DNA of 63,093 nucleotides, the filler included, from Octopus bimaculoides (taxonomy: Eukaryota): assembly GCF_001194135.2 (NCBI RefSeq). It is 8 parts of 7 records of this genome, joined end to end, with 100 filler letters (N's around TTAATTAATTAA, not from the genome) between each part and the next. Parts side by side here need not be neighbours in the genome. Positions count along the whole stretch, not along the records: positions 1 to 15,633 come from NC_068983.1; 7 more parts are not named here. One strand, given 5' to 3'. The stretch's first letter is position 1. Each line of letters starts with the position of its first letter. Under the pieces are notes generated by a model, which searched no databases, was not told the DNA's origin, and was given only the letters and a program-made list of their open reading frames with translations. A program made the translations under genes and the position numbers. This document shows positions 1 through 13,232 of this stretch, piece after piece.

Positions 1-219
1 GCTTAACTTTATCAATATTTGCGTCTCTTGAGTGAGGTAAGTATAATATAAAATTATATATTTCAAACAAATTCATTCACGAGAACAATAAAAAAAAAAA
101 AAAAGAAATTTAAAACAAAAGAAAATGTTATAGAAAAATATATCTATTATGATTTGCAAGTAGATAATTGTGCAAATAAGCACGAGAAAGAGAGATAGCT
201 AGATAGATAGACAGAGACA

Positions 220-294
<75 letters not shown>

Positions 295-547
295 GAGATA
301 AAGTGAGAGAGAAAGGGAGAGAGAGTAGATGAAAAGGGACAGAGAAACATACGAAAATGGAGGACGATATGCAAGATTTTAGCAGAAGTGTGAATGTTCA
401 ATAGTCACACACATATCCATATATATACACGCTTACATATGCATATGTATAAGAATAGGCCTTTATATACCTGTGTGTGTATGTGTTTGTGTTTGTATGT
501 GTATGTGTTTTATGAGTGTGTGTGCCTGTGTGCGCAAGGACAGACAT

Positions 548-585
<38 letters not shown>

Positions 586-2052
586 CGTTTATATATATAT
601 ATATGCTTAAATGTATACATGCCTACACACACGCGTATATATTTATATACATATAAGTATGTGTGTATGTGTGTGTTTGTGTATGTTTGTACTTGTGTAT
701 GTGTACGTGTGTTTTTCTCTGTATGTATGTGTGTATGTGTGTATGTATGTATATAAATCCCTAGATATATGGCTGTATGTTGAATACTGTCAAATATATC
801 TGTTTCAGAACACCATCAAACAATAGCTTTCGGCATGGCAAAAGTCTCATAAAGAAATGTCATAAACAGTTAACAGTGCAGATGCATGTATTCCTGATCG
901 TGAAACGAATTATTTTCCTGATCTGGCCTGGGAAAGATATGGCTGGAAATCGATTAGGTAGGGAATGAAAGAGATCAGAACAGAATATACAAGTGCAGGG
1001 AGATGAACGAGAGGGGACAAAAACAATCGTCTAAGAAGAAAGAAGTAGAAGAAATGAGGACATATATCTTAAATGGAGGAATGATAGCATGTAGGGTCGG
1101 ATGCCAGAAATATTAAGAGACGAGGCCTGGGACGACGTATTCAGAATGTAAATAACTCGTTTGTCACTTAGGAATGCTTTGGGTATAAGATACCATTTCA
1201 ATTTCTCTTTTCCAGTAAACGATTTGTGCATCGTGTGCTACCTATGGAGTAAGTCATCGCTTTAATATTGCTCTCCTCCATTTCTGTAGTCTTTGCGGGA
1301 CCCAACTTTCTCTCAATCCAATGCGTCTTTATCTTCTTACAATCATAAGTTTCATTTTTGCCTGCTTTCTCTTTCCTGAAGTGGATTTCCACATTGCTTT
1401 TCATCTCATTTGAGACATAACGCCATAGTTACCACAACATCATTGTCACTAATACTGTCTTGGATGACATATATGATAACTTTCCTCGAATGTGTTGCAG
1501 GCTGGAAATCGAAAGCAGCCATCTTTGCCAGTTTTATTACTTTAAGCTAGATTGTCTCCATCTTAAAATGCAGTGTATGATTTTTATACGAAACTAGAAG
1601 CCTTGCTAATCAGGGAGTCATCATTAACCACTATTACGTACACGTTCACATGCATATANNNNNNNNNNNNNNNNNNNNNNNNNNNNNNNNNNNNNNNNNN
1701 NNNNNNNNNNNNNNNNNNNNNNNNNNNNNNNNNNNNNNNNNNNNNNNNNNNNNNNNNNNNNNNNNNNNNNNNNNNNNNNNNNNNNNNNNNNNNNNNNNNN
1801 NNNNNNNNNNNNNNNNNNNNNNNNNNNNNNNNNNNNNNNNNNNNNNNNNNNNNNNNNNNNNNNNNNNNNNNNNNNNNNNNNNNNNNNNNNNNNNNNNNNN
1901 NNNNNNNNNNNNNNNNNNNNNNNNNNNNNNNNNNNNNNNNNNNNNNNNNNNNNNNNNNNNNNNNNNNNNNNNNNNNNNNNNNNNNNNNNNNNNNNNNNNN
2001 NNNNNNNNNNNNNNNNNNNNNNNNNNNNNNNNNNNNNNNNNNNNNNNNNNNN

Positions 2053-2085
<33 letters not shown>

Positions 2086-2434
2086 ATATGGGTGGATGGA
2101 TGGATGGATGGATGGATGGATAGATGTCTCTTCTATTTTTTAATTATTATAAATCCCCCATTGAGGAGGGACCCGGTTTCCAACAAAGATACAAGACTCC
2201 ATCTTTGGGATATAGTTAACACAGACAAATACGGAGACAAATTTGAGACTAGAGAAATGTCTTGCATATTTTTACTGTTCCACTCACAGATTGCACTTCT
2301 AATGTACGAATTAGACGGTCGATTTCTCTTTTTGAAAATCCCAGTTTATCTAGATGTATGTATGCATGCATGCATGTATGTATGTATGTATGTATGTATG
2401 TATGTATGTATGTACGTATGTATGTATGTATGTA

Positions 2435-3007
2435 TTCTGCTATGATTCGATAAGCGGCACCGAATTTTACAATTCTCTAAATAATATTAATATTAACATT
2501 TTTTTATAAGCTTAAAGCTTTTAAGAACTCACCGTATGAAGAAAATAGTTTAATATTGAGACATATAAGCACTCAACGGAAAAAAGAGTAGGCTTCCAGG
2601 GCACGTAAGAATTTAAAGCGCACCTGTATGTTTTCGCGACAAGTGTGATACCATGTACACCAACGTTCTCACCTTCTCCTTCCCTTCAGATTAAAAGCTA
2701 TAATTTCATAGACTGGTCTTCAGAAACAAGCTACCATATGCGTTTTCTGCGAAGATTTGATAAGCGGTGCCGAATTTTACAGTTACGCAAATAATTATGA
2801 TATTCCTATATTATTTTATAAGATTAAAGCGTATAAGCTATAACCGTCTAAAGAAAAATAGTTTAAAATTGCAGAATAAAAGCCCTCGACGGAATTGTAA
2901 AATTCGGCACTGCTTAACGAATTATCGCAGAAAACGCACAGGCTAACTTGTTTATCAAAAACAAATCTATGAAATTATAGTTCTCAATCTAACAGAAGGA
3001 GCAGGTG
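2435..3007. repeat. Compound direct + inverted repeat (fold-back/MITE-like)
   Basis: The motif ttctgc..gat..gataagcgg..ccgaattttaca occurs at 2435(+), 2745(+) and 2891(-). 2435-2580 resembles 2745-2890 as a direct repeat (~310-bp period). 2670-2785 is the reverse complement of 2893-3007. Confidence 0.75.
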
Positions 3008-3192
3008 TTTACTTTGGTGCAAATGGTAGCAGACTTGCTGCGAAAGCATAGGGTTTTAGGTTCGAGCCTCACGCATATGGAAAATCCATTTATATGCCCC
3101 GATATTGAACTATTCTCTTTACGCAATGACCATTTAAAATTTTAACCTTATAAAAAATAGTAGTATATACATATATATACGTGTGTGTGTGC

Positions 3193-3235
<43 letters not shown>

Positions 3236-3292
3236 CATGTATATATATATATATATATAAAGTATGTATGTACGTACGATTGTATAATATAT

Positions 3293-3498
3293 TCTTTTCT
3301 ACTCTAGGTACAAGGTCCGAAATTTTTGGGGAGGGGACCAGTCGATTAGATCTACGCAACTGGTACTTAATTTATTGGCCTCGAAAGGATGAAAAGCTAA
3401 GTCGACCTAGGCGGGATTTGAACTCAGAACATAAAGTCAGATAAAATAGCCCTAAGCATTTCGCCCAGCATGCTAACGTTTCTTCCAGCTCGCCGCCT
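3293..3498 (-). mobile_element. tRNA-derived SINE, family A (GGCGGCGAGCTGG head), tail type 2
   Basis: Minus strand shows an A-box-like GCTGGaAGAAACGTTAG, a B-box GAGTTCAAATCC and the central CTTTTCATCCTTTCGAGGCCAATAAATTAAGTACCAG shared with many copies in the window. Confidence 0.85.
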
Positions 3499-3510
3499 CA
3501 CGATTGTATA

Positions 3511-3628
3511 TTTATTTCTTTATTGCCCACAGGGAGATAAACATAGAGGGAACAAACAAGGACAAACAAAGGGATTAAGTCGATTACATCGACCCCAGTG
3601 CGTAACTAGTATTTATTTAATCGAACTC
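3511..3628 (-). mobile_element. SINE family A, 5'-truncated, tail type 1
   Basis: Near-identical to the 3' half of the copy at 6435-6666 (gggattaagtcgattacatcgaccccagtgcgtaact). Confidence 0.85.
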
Positions 3629-4135
3629 AAGACGACTTCAGAATCTCCAGCAACTCTTCTAGATTATCTCCTTGTTTAAGTCGGTGATTGCTGCCATAAT
3701 CCTTACTTTCAGTTTATCTTTGGTGTCACACGTTCTATCGCTCAACTGCGCCCCACACATAATAATTAAGGTGTTGCAGTCTGGAAAGTTAAGTGGCCAG
3801 ATGTTGGGGGTGATGTGGTCGCAGAAATTGTCTGACAAGCATTATTGGGTACTCCTGCTTGTGTAGCATGGTGCAGAGTCCTCTTGCCAGTCATAGGGAT
3901 TTCCAGTAGCCCCACTCTTGATCCCTGGCAACACTATCTCTTCAAGGCACTCGATGTAGGCCTCCGTGTTGTGGCTGAGGCTGTGTGGGAAGATTATTGG
4001 AAGCATAACGTCGTGACCACTAGTGATCGCCCCAAACACCATAATATTCGCTGGATGTTTGATTTTTACCACTCTCGGTATATGTTTGGGGGACACGACA
4101 AGCTAACGATTGTTCTGTGCGTTCACCATATGTTT
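3625..4135 (-). mobile_element. Decayed Tc1/mariner transposase, DD37D (maT-like) C-terminal half
   Basis: Translates KHPANIMVFGAITS..YIECLEEIVLP..WQEDSAPCYTSRSTQ*CLSDNFCDHITPNIWPLNFPDCN, then after a frameshift YYVWGAVE..TKDKLKVRIMAAITDLNKE. Spacing from the second D to the expected third-D position is 37 residues. Stops and a frameshift are present. Confidence 0.85.
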
Positions 4136-4477
4136 GCATTGGGCCTTCCAGCACGAATGCCAAGCAGTATAGTATGACATTTGAAAATTTCTGGCAGAGT
4201 AAATTACGTCATGTTGTTGCATTTCTCACACACGGTGCCCAACTGACCCTACTATACTGTGTAGTGGACAAAATCAAAACCAAACAATGTGCATGCGCAA
4301 AATTAAAAATATAATATGATGACAGTGTATCCATCGCACTTTGTATATATATATATATATATATCTACACACACACACCCATGTATATATACGTGTGTGT
4401 ATGTATATGCATATATATATATACATGTTTATGTTTGTATATGCATATATATCTCTCTCTCTATATCTACATATATC

Positions 4478-4516
<39 letters not shown>

Positions 4517-6434
4517 GAATGTATGTATTATGTATTTGATATTTGCTTATATACGTATATAACTTGTAGTTTTCCCATTAATTCTGACTATGAGCTTGCT
4601 AATGTTACATATAAATGAATACATAGTTAAATAGATAAGTACTGAAATTAACGTAGTGAATGGAATTAAATCGATAAATTAATTAATCAGGAGGGCATGG
4701 AAGAAAGAATGAAATCTGAATAGAATTTCCTTAAAATTTGTGCTATTTGTCATTTGGCAATTAACGAACACAATTACTACGGAACCATAGATTTTTCTAC
4801 GCATATTAAACTTTCTGTCCACCTGAATCTACAGTGGCTGAAATATTTATCGGCAGTGATAATGTGATATTCTGAGTGTAATCATAAAGTTCTGTGGCTG
4901 AAAGCCATCAGTACTGACTGAAGTCTGAGACTGATAATATAGCTATAAGTGAAAGGACGAAGTCTCTTGACTGCAGGAAAGCCATTTGCAATATTTATGT
5001 AATCAATGCAGTTTTTTTTTATGCACAGGAAAATCTCACTATCCAGTCGTTTTGAAAGGGTCTGTTTTGTCTGTTTTGTGTATACTTTAAAATTGTTTAT
5101 TTTGTAGCTTCTGGTAGTAAAAATGTTTGTGGAATTACTAATATGTGACTGCCAGTCATGATGACAAAATCTTTAAGTTCGATAAAGTTCTTTATAATAC
5201 TGTGGGCTTTCTATACATTATTTATAGATTATCTTGCGTTTATTTTGTGAATGAGTCCTTTATTTGTTAATGTATTCTATGCAAACCTGTTAAGTTAGAA
5301 ATTATATTAACAATAGGGCTTCCTGTTATGGCCATCGTTTTTGTCATCGTTATTGTTATTTTCATAAAAATATTGCCTATTCCTCTAGAGTACTTGCAGA
5401 CATTGTTCATTTTTAGTATAAGAATAATTACCATATAAACATTGTAAATTACTCAACAGTTCATAAGGACTGCCGTACTCTTGTGAATTTTGTGCTTAAT
5501 GGGAAATATATTTCTCTGGTTTGAGAGAATATCGTTCGCCTGATCCTCTACTAATAGCTATCTTACCTTTTCCGCTCCCATATATTCACTTTTATTAGTT
5601 TATTTAGCATATTTCACCATTTTAAAACAGCATATTTTTATACAAGAATATTTGAATGAAATTTATTGTGTTTAGTGATCACGAAGAATATCCCTTGCTA
5701 CATTACAGCTAAAATTATACTTTTGGTTTCATCTTTAATTAAATTCATTTGGTATCCTTCGTATGGGTATAGGCTTCGCTTATGATTTGCTTTATAGTCA
5801 TATCCTTGATAGTTGTACAAGCCTGAAGTATAGGTTTCAACATAACTATATCAATAATGTATTCATGTTTGAAATCTGCTTAAAACACTAATTATTATTT
5901 AAGCAAACATCATAACCTGTATATATCGATGATAATGTGATTAAGCTCTAGAATATTCATGTACTGTTGACAATGTAATCTAAGAGAAGCCTCTTCATGC
6001 AAGTCAAAAATAATTTTTATATACCTTCACTCTGAATGACATGTCAGTATTTTTCATTTGAAATAAAGTGGGGTGTCAATAGCAGTATTAACATAGATGT
6101 GAGGTTTGAAAATAAGAACAGTTCCAATAAAAACTAGGGCTCTCTTCACACACTGCTGGAAGGGACCCAGATCGTGCATACATCTCTTCCTCCCTCCTAC
6201 CGTTTACGGATGTTCTAAACATCTTTTGAATAGTGTAATACCTCCTGTCAGAAAGATCATATGCATCAAATATTCTGTTCACGTATGCAGTTTACAAACA
6301 ACTTGCACATTAAACAATCGTATCCAAACACCATAAAGTACTTCACAAACATAAACTTCAATATCAAAGTAACACAAAAACAACAACCTCAAGCAAGCCA
6401 AACAGAATAGTCAATAGATATATACAACCTGCAG

Positions 6435-6666
6435 ATTTATTCCTTTATTGCCCACAGTGGGCTAAACATAGAGAGAACAGACAAGGACAGACAAAGGGAT
6501 TAAGTCGATTACATCGACCCCAGTGCGTAACTGGTACTTATTTAATCGACCCCGAAACGATGAAAGGCAAAGTCGACCTCGGCGGAATTTGAACTCAGAA
6601 CGCAACGGCAAACGAAATACCGCTAAGGATTTCGCCCGGCGTGCTAACAATTCTGCCAGCTCCTGC
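6435..6666 (-). mobile_element. SINE family A, full length, tail type 1
   Basis: tRNA head with A/B boxes, conserved core and a tail ending gtgggcaataaaggaataaat. Confidence 0.9.
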
Positions 6667-6829
6667 ATATTAGGAAGGCCCACTTGCACATAGAATGCAA
6701 AAACTCATATACAACTATAGAAAAGATATTGATTCTGCTTAGCAGCTAACTTTTCTCAAGTGTGCCTGTATTTGTTTACTATTCCAGATTCAGCACATGT
6801 TCTATCGTGCCATAAATTTTGAAGATAGA

Positions 6830-7640
6830 AAATATCTACGCCGACCATTCTTAACGTCACGCAAATAAATGAATCACGATAGAAAGATGCCTTGAAATAT
6901 TTGCAGTGTAGAAGCAATGGAGTTCCTTCTTATAATTCCATTTTGTTCGTACATCATGGTGTGATTGTCATTTGATTATAGCATGTCTGATGTTAATGTT
7001 TGTTAGATTTTTCAATCTTCAATTTCAAGACAGAATGTAATATCAGCATTCTTTCGTCAATCATTCTATGCTTCGCAAGTATGGTTTTATAGATCAATAC
7101 TTTATCTTTACAATCAATGTAATATTCAAGACATCCCTACTGTTTTTCTGGTGTGGGTTGTCCTTTCTCATTAGAACACTTATTTCCTGTAATATTGTAG
7201 TTAATAAAACTGTTTATAATATATGTAGCCTTGTTAGCGAGTTAGTCTTTGCGATTGTAATTGGTATTCAAATTTCAGCAAAGGTTACATGCATTTCTGC
7301 CAGTATTTTTGTAAATAATTAGATATTTTAGTTAGTGGTTTGGTAAGTTATCTCTCCTTTGTGCATTTGGTGCAGCAGTTGAGCAATCATTTATGTTGTT
7401 AATGCTTCATTTCAATCTTCACATATTGCACTTCTTCCTTGAATTTATGCTGGCATTCATTCCGTCGTTTCCCAGACAGCTCAAATATTCTAACATTCTT
7501 ACTGTAGAAGACGCACTGTGTCTAATTAAAAATCGATTTCAGTTCAATCGAACTAATATTTGCCTCAAAAAACTTCTTTGTGATCTTGCTTTATGCAATC
7601 TTTGTTTTCGGGAATATTTATTTTCTATTATATTTCTCTA
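6830..7640 (-). pseudogene. Highly decayed Penelope-like RT remnant (tentative)
   Basis: Broken minus-strand translations ISSIELKSIFN, GEITYQT and LFTKILAEMHV fall in the order expected for PLE RT motifs (S.DV.SL, G..YQQ, LS..LA.I.M). Many stops. Confidence 0.35.
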
Positions 7641-8473
7641 ATAAATAACTCTTACTATGGCATGTCTTTTCTCAGTTAATTTAATTAAAGTTAGAAATGG
7701 ATTTTGTTTTCTAAGTTTCTCAATATATTTGTTTGCCAAATCGTCAACTTGGTTTTGCTGTATGAGTAATTCTTATGAAGGACAACACTTCTATTTTTGA
7801 CGAATTAATAATCGCAGGTTTAGAGAAAATTCTGTGAGAAGGAGAATTTGTAGATTACGAAAGTGAAAAACTGTAAAGAGAAGAAAATTGGATCTAACCA
7901 TTTACGAAGTCAGAATATAATTACTTACGAACGTGTAGCTAATTGCTGGTACGGTTCATATAACAACATTATCGGAATTGAGAAACATGGAAATTATATA
8001 AATCAGAATATTATAGTCACTTAATAGTTGCAGAACGTACAGCAAATTATACGTTATTAAGCCAAAAATTATTTGTAATAACTTGAAAGATCAAATAAAC
8101 TCAAATAATGCAATAGTGAAAATATTGGATAAGTTTCCTCATGTAAAAGAATGCTATTATATAATTGCAAATGAGAACGAGTTATAAAGTGGGACGTAAA
8201 GTGTTATAGCTATTACTTTCAAGAAATTGCGAATTAAATAAATGTATATGTTAGTTACATATGCGATGATGGAAAATAAAATTAAGGAATATTATAGAAA
8301 GGATACTTTAGCTTTTATTAGGATTTCAATTAAAGCTAAATCTTAAAATTAAGTCTAGCTCCATTAAAACATCGGCTACAGCACTTTAGTGGTAGAGATG
8401 AAAACAAGCGAAGTGCAATAACGGAGATGTGTCAACCAAATGCTGTAACCATAAAATTCAAATGTGCTGCAAT

Positions 8474-8508
<35 letters not shown>

Positions 8509-8523
8509 NNNNNNNNNNGCAAT

Positions 8524-8561
<38 letters not shown>

Positions 8562-9167
8562 ACACACACACACGCGCACACACACACGCACACACACACG
8601 CATACACTCACACATATGTATCTACCGCCTTGAATTAGCGATGAGTAGGAATTAGTTATAAATAAGATGTAGTTTTATGCAGAATAATGTTGAGCTGGTT
8701 GGGAGAAATAAAAGAAGAATCTCAAACTGTTTGCAAATAACCATGCATGTATGACTTCGCCAATATTGAAGAAAAACCCGTGAGTAGGCAGAGAACGCCC
8801 GTCCATAAATGAAATGTTGAGGCAGTGCTTTAGGGATGTAGCTGAATAAGTACGACTCGAGTAAACAACGAAACGTTGCTCCCATGTTTGGGACAGTGGT
8901 TCTAGTATACACACTGACATCTTATTCCAAGCTGAGAGAAACTCCACTTGATTGGTTTGGATAAAACACTCGCTGAAACGCTCCAGCTCCAGCACAACAG
9001 CGTTGTCAGCCGTTCCCTTTTTCTCCTACCGTTACTATAGTTCGCTGTTCCTCAGGTATGCTCCATCCTGTACTTCCTCCGCTCTTGTCTCACATTACCT
9101 ATTACGCTCACTCAGAATGTCTACACTCTAGCGTCGTCTCTTTCACCATATATTCCCCACGACAAGT

Positions 9168-9355
9168 GGATGGCGCTGACAGAAAAGTTGGGACGCCGGG
9201 CTAAATTCTTAGCGGTATTTCATTTGTCTTTACGTTCTGAGTTCAAATTCAGCCCAGGTCGACTATGCCTTTCATCCTTTCGGGGTCGATAAATTAAGTT
9301 TCATTTGCGTACTGGAGTCGATCTAATCGACTGGCCTCTCCTCAAAAATTTAGGA
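9168..9355 (+). mobile_element. SINE family A, tail type 2
   Basis: ttctgagttcaaattc..gtcgactatgcctttcatcctttcggggtcgataaattaag. Confidence 0.85.
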
Positions 9356-9739
9356 GAAAAGCATATATTCCCCGCAGCTGTTGAAGTACAACAGTTTAAA
9401 CGGAATATTGAGCGAAGTAGTCTCAGGGAAATTGAATGATCTCATTACACATTAGAACTGCTTCTTACTCTAGGTCCAGTCAGAAAATAGAAAAGTTAAT
9501 GGATTGCAATAACCGTGGTTGCAGCATAGAGAGAATAGGCTCTGATCGTAAGCTGCACAAAATTTCTTATTGCAACATAGGTTTCCAGGAAATATCCTGT
9601 CTTGATTCATAAAAACTCTATCCTTTCATGTCTCTCTGAAGTTATTACTCTCACTGAGAGATTGTTCACTTTTCAGACAGAACAGAACGGTCATGAGCAC
9701 TGTCTATGTATCTTGACAAATTCATATATTTTTTATATA

Positions 9740-9843
9740 TGTCAGTATTCAGTTTGTTTCAAGATTTTTTGCAAATAGAGAAAGAACTGGTTTCTAACCT
9801 TGATCCAAGGCTCGTTTATTGGGATTGCAACATCAAAAACAGG

Positions 9844-9874
<31 letters not shown>

Positions 9875-10570
9875 TGTATGTATGTATAGATGCATGTATG
9901 TATGTGTAGATTTCTATATGTTTTATGTATGTATTCTCATGCATATAGTTACATATCTAGACATGCTCATATATATTTATATGAAGCAGTTCTGAAAAGT
10001 TTTCCAGATTGTTACAGTTCCAGTGATGGATTGGATCTGTAGTCTTCAAATTAGCTTTTTACTTTCTAGTTTTGAAATGCCAAAATTCCAAAAATTGGTA
10101 TTTAGGCAGTGTGTTACATATCCCAGGGCCCCAATCATTACAAGTATCAACCTGATTTTGGAATCTGGATAGAGTAACTGCAGATTTCTCAATAGTTCAG
10201 CATAGGTGTTCTCTTGTTCACTGATCTTCAGCTTTATGTTAACATTATCTGTGGGCAGCTAATTTTCCCAACTGTGCACAGTTTCTGTTCTCTATCCCAA
10301 ATCATTATATCAGGTCTGTTGTGCTTAAATTTTATTGAGGTTTCACTGGTACATTCCACTAGTATTCCTTTTTACTGTGAGTGGCTATGGCTTCTACCAT
10401 ATTGTGGGTTCTTATTTCTTCGTCCCCAGGATTATCCTTCTGACGGATTTTATTATAATGTCCAAGCCACAACGTCATGTCCCATCGGTAGATAATACTG
10501 TAATGACATTTTCGAACAACTGCTTATGATGTGGGTGATATCTTCAGTCTGAAGATGTTTAACATGTCGA
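9740..10570 (-). mobile_element. 3' end of RLE-type non-LTR retrotransposon (R4/Dong-like), with probable 3' UTR
   Basis: Broken translation of 10570-9985: ITHIISSCSK..YYLPMGHDVVA (zinc-knuckle end), KHNRPDIMIWD..CTV..ISCP (PD-D endonuclease), NTYAELLRNLQLLYP..MIGALG..SITGTV. Confidence 0.8.
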
Positions 10571-10889
10571 AACTACGAAGTCAATGTAACCTTCTATTCT
10601 TGTAAAAGAAAAATGTTTAATAAACATGAATTCTGCTAGAAAGCATTGAATGATCCTTCATACCCTTCAACATTTAACTCTAATTTGTGTCAAAATATTT
10701 TCGTCACTTTGAAACCGCGATTTGTTCACCGACAAAACTTGAAGTGAATCTAACGATTCTTTGTGTGTTCTTTAGTGGCTTATAAACATCTTCCACGCTG
10801 CAATTGTTCTCAGCTCAAGTCACGTGCTATGCAAGTACATCTCTGTATTATGTGTATGTGTGTGTGCCGGTTTGTGTGTGTGTGTGTGT

Positions 10890-10938
<49 letters not shown>

Positions 10939-11599
10939 CAGATAGACAGATAGATAGATAGATAGATTATAGACCTCATAGCTTTTGTATTCTCCCCGCT
11001 TGTTTTCCATAATGCTACAAGCGTATTTCAAAATCTATTTTCCATCCTGAACCGTCTGCCCATTATGTTTCTTTGTTATCTGTCAGCTGTCCAAACTTTT
11101 CGCCGACCTTCAACTCACTTTTAAAATCCTTCCCATTTCCAAGTCTAGATGCTGTCTAGGTATAAGAGCACACTAAAAAAAAAAGACGTTTCTTCTAGAA
11201 TAATCTGACACTGAAAGTAAATTTATGTGTCAACCTCGACGGAATTTGAACTCAGAACGTAAAGGTGGACGAATTATCACTAACCATTTTGCCAGATTTT
11301 TAACAGCCATAAATTCAATCCGTATGATAGTAGAACTACTTCATATTCTTGTGAAGTTGATTTCATTGCCGTAAGTTGTAATTTACATGGTATACATGGT
11401 AATATTTTATTTCCTAATTCATTTTCTGCTAATTTATATTTTGATGCATTTTAAAATATAATCACGTCACTTATATTGAAGCATACTTGAAAGATATAAG
11501 TTTAAGAATTCTTGAAATAGCAACAAGGTTATCATGAAGCAGTAGTATAGGTAGAAAGAAAAGATTATTTGAAGAAAGAAAACTTGAAAATTAATCCAT

Positions 11600-11900
11600 C
11601 TGCCTCTAGCAAACTAAGCTACAAAATTTTATCAAATACTTAGGTTCATGATAAGAAAAATATATTTAATAAAGAAATTTCTGTTTTAAAATCCAAAGAC
11701 TCCAAGATAATTTTTGACTATGTAAATAAGAAACTAATGTATAAAACATTTATCCTTTAACCACCTGTTTGTTTGGATGTGAAAAAAAATCTCAAATACA
11801 AACACTTGGAACAACATATATTCGGAACATACCCTGCATGTTTAGATGATATATTTCAACAATGTTTCTGCTATGGTGTTCTTCTTATCAAAACATTGTC
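11600..11900 (+). pseudogene. Possible CR1/L2-group LINE linker remnant
   Basis: FNKEISVLKSKDSKIIFDYVNKKL resembles the K.F(Y/W).YV..K linker between the APE and RT domains. Confidence 0.35.
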
Positions 11901-11927
11901 TAATATATTATTATTTCTTTATATTAA

Positions 11928-12350
11928 GGCGGCGAGCTGATCGAATCGTAAGCATGCCACACAAAATGCTTGGCGGTATTTCGTCCGTTTGAAACTTCAG
12001 AGTTTGAATTTCATCGACTTTGTCTTCCGGAGTCGATAAAATAAGTACCAGTTAGGACAACCACACCACCGCATACAAAAAATTAAAGTCAGGCTTCGTA
12101 TCTCTATAATAGAGATTATTATTATTTCCTTATATGAAGCATGAGCTGTTAGAATCGTTAGCATGCCGGACAAATCGCTTGGCGTCATTTCGTCCGTCTT
12201 TACGTTCTGAGTTGAAATTCAGCCGAGGTTGGCTTTGCTTTTCATCTTCCCAGGGTCGTTGAAATAAGTATCAGTCAAGTACTGATGTCGATGTAATAGA
12301 AAGCCCCTCTCCCAAAATTTCAATCTTTGCGTCTATAGTAGAAAAGATTG
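11928..12350 (+). mobile_element. Two adjacent SINE family A copies (11928-12056 and 12138-12350)
   Basis: Both have a head with GAGTTtGAAtT B-box and the cttttcatc/gataaaataagtacca core. Confidence 0.8.
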
Positions 12351-12679
12351 ATTATTGTTTTTTTTCATTCTTGCAATGCTCAAAATTGACTCCGTTTTGG
12401 TTATTTTAATTGGAGTTTTTGTTTTTGAATTTCTTATGAAAAGAAACAGGCGTGAAAGAGCTACTATGAAAGGCTACTAAATACGGAGAATGAATGGGAG
12501 AAAAGGAGTTTCGCCATGCGAAGCAAACGAAAGGACCAGCTTTGCCGTTCATCCTTTCATGTTCGATGAAATAAGTACGGGCACAAAATTATACCCTTTA
12601 AGTACTTCTCCCCACTCTCAGTTGAGGAGCTTTGCTTTTTCGTCTTGCAGGGTACTTGGTAACGCTGTCAATAATGATG

Positions 12680-12830
12680 CCACGTAAAAAGTACACAGTA
12701 TATTCTGTAACGCAGTTGGAATTAGGAAGGGCTTTAGAAACCATGACAAAACAGATAATGTAGCCTGGTACGGCTTACGGCTCCCGGCCTTGACAGCTCC
12801 TGTTAAACCGTCCAACCATTCCCTCAATTA
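12680..12830 (+). mobile_element. 3' part of another SINE or non-LTR element (taggaagggc...aaaccgtccaacc tail)
   Basis: gccacgtaaaaagtac..ttggaattaggaagggc..aaaccgtccaacc matches a cephalopod repeat tail that I recognise from memory only. Confidence 0.5.
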
Positions 12831-13074
12831 ACAGACGTGTTGATGTCACAGAATTAAAATAGTAAAGTGACAGAATCAGTAGAGCAACCGAAAAAGCTGT
12901 GATGTATTTGTTCCGACTTTTTACTTTCCGAGGTCAAATTTCATCGAGTTCACATTTGCATTTCGTTCTTTCACAGTCGATAAAAATAAAGAAGCATCTG
13001 TGTACTAAAACCGACAGTATCATCTAGACTGCATCTGCACCTCTTCTTCTCCTTAACTCTTCTATTCCGCTTCA

Positions 13075-13232
13075 TAACCAGGTTTTTTTCAGTTTCCAGC
13101 TACCAAATTCACTCACTTTGGTCGGCTTCAGGCAGTAACAGAAGAAACGTAACGCAGATCCCATGCAGTGGGATTGAACCCGGAACCACCGAGTTGGGTA
13201 AGAAACTTTTTATTACACAACCTCACCTGCAC
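13075..13232 (-). mobile_element. SINE family C (CORE-like, tRNA head), degenerate 5' half
   Basis: ttcagtttccagctaccaaattcactcac..gcagtgggattgaacccggaacc; homologous to 21595-21752 and 60241-60371. Confidence 0.7.

Noticed and set aside
777-1560. Possible exon at 809-957 and a gag-like minus-strand ORF
   Set aside because: No recognisable family, and the frames are interrupted by stops.
3015-3078. tRNA-like segment with a GGTTCGAGCC B-box
   Set aside because: No acceptor stem or cloverleaf; at best a decayed SINE head and not a tRNA gene.
4925-4965. gagactgataa...gaaaggacgaagtctc, resembling engineered hammerhead strings
   Set aside because: No GTCC partner for stem II, and the core is incomplete.
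6088-6336. Overlapping ORFs of moderate complexity
   Set aside because: No recognisable motif; could be an unrecognised exon but cannot be supported.
8858-8900. CTGAATAA...GAAACGTT
   Set aside because: The core is wrong at G8, and there is no stem II or stem I pairing.
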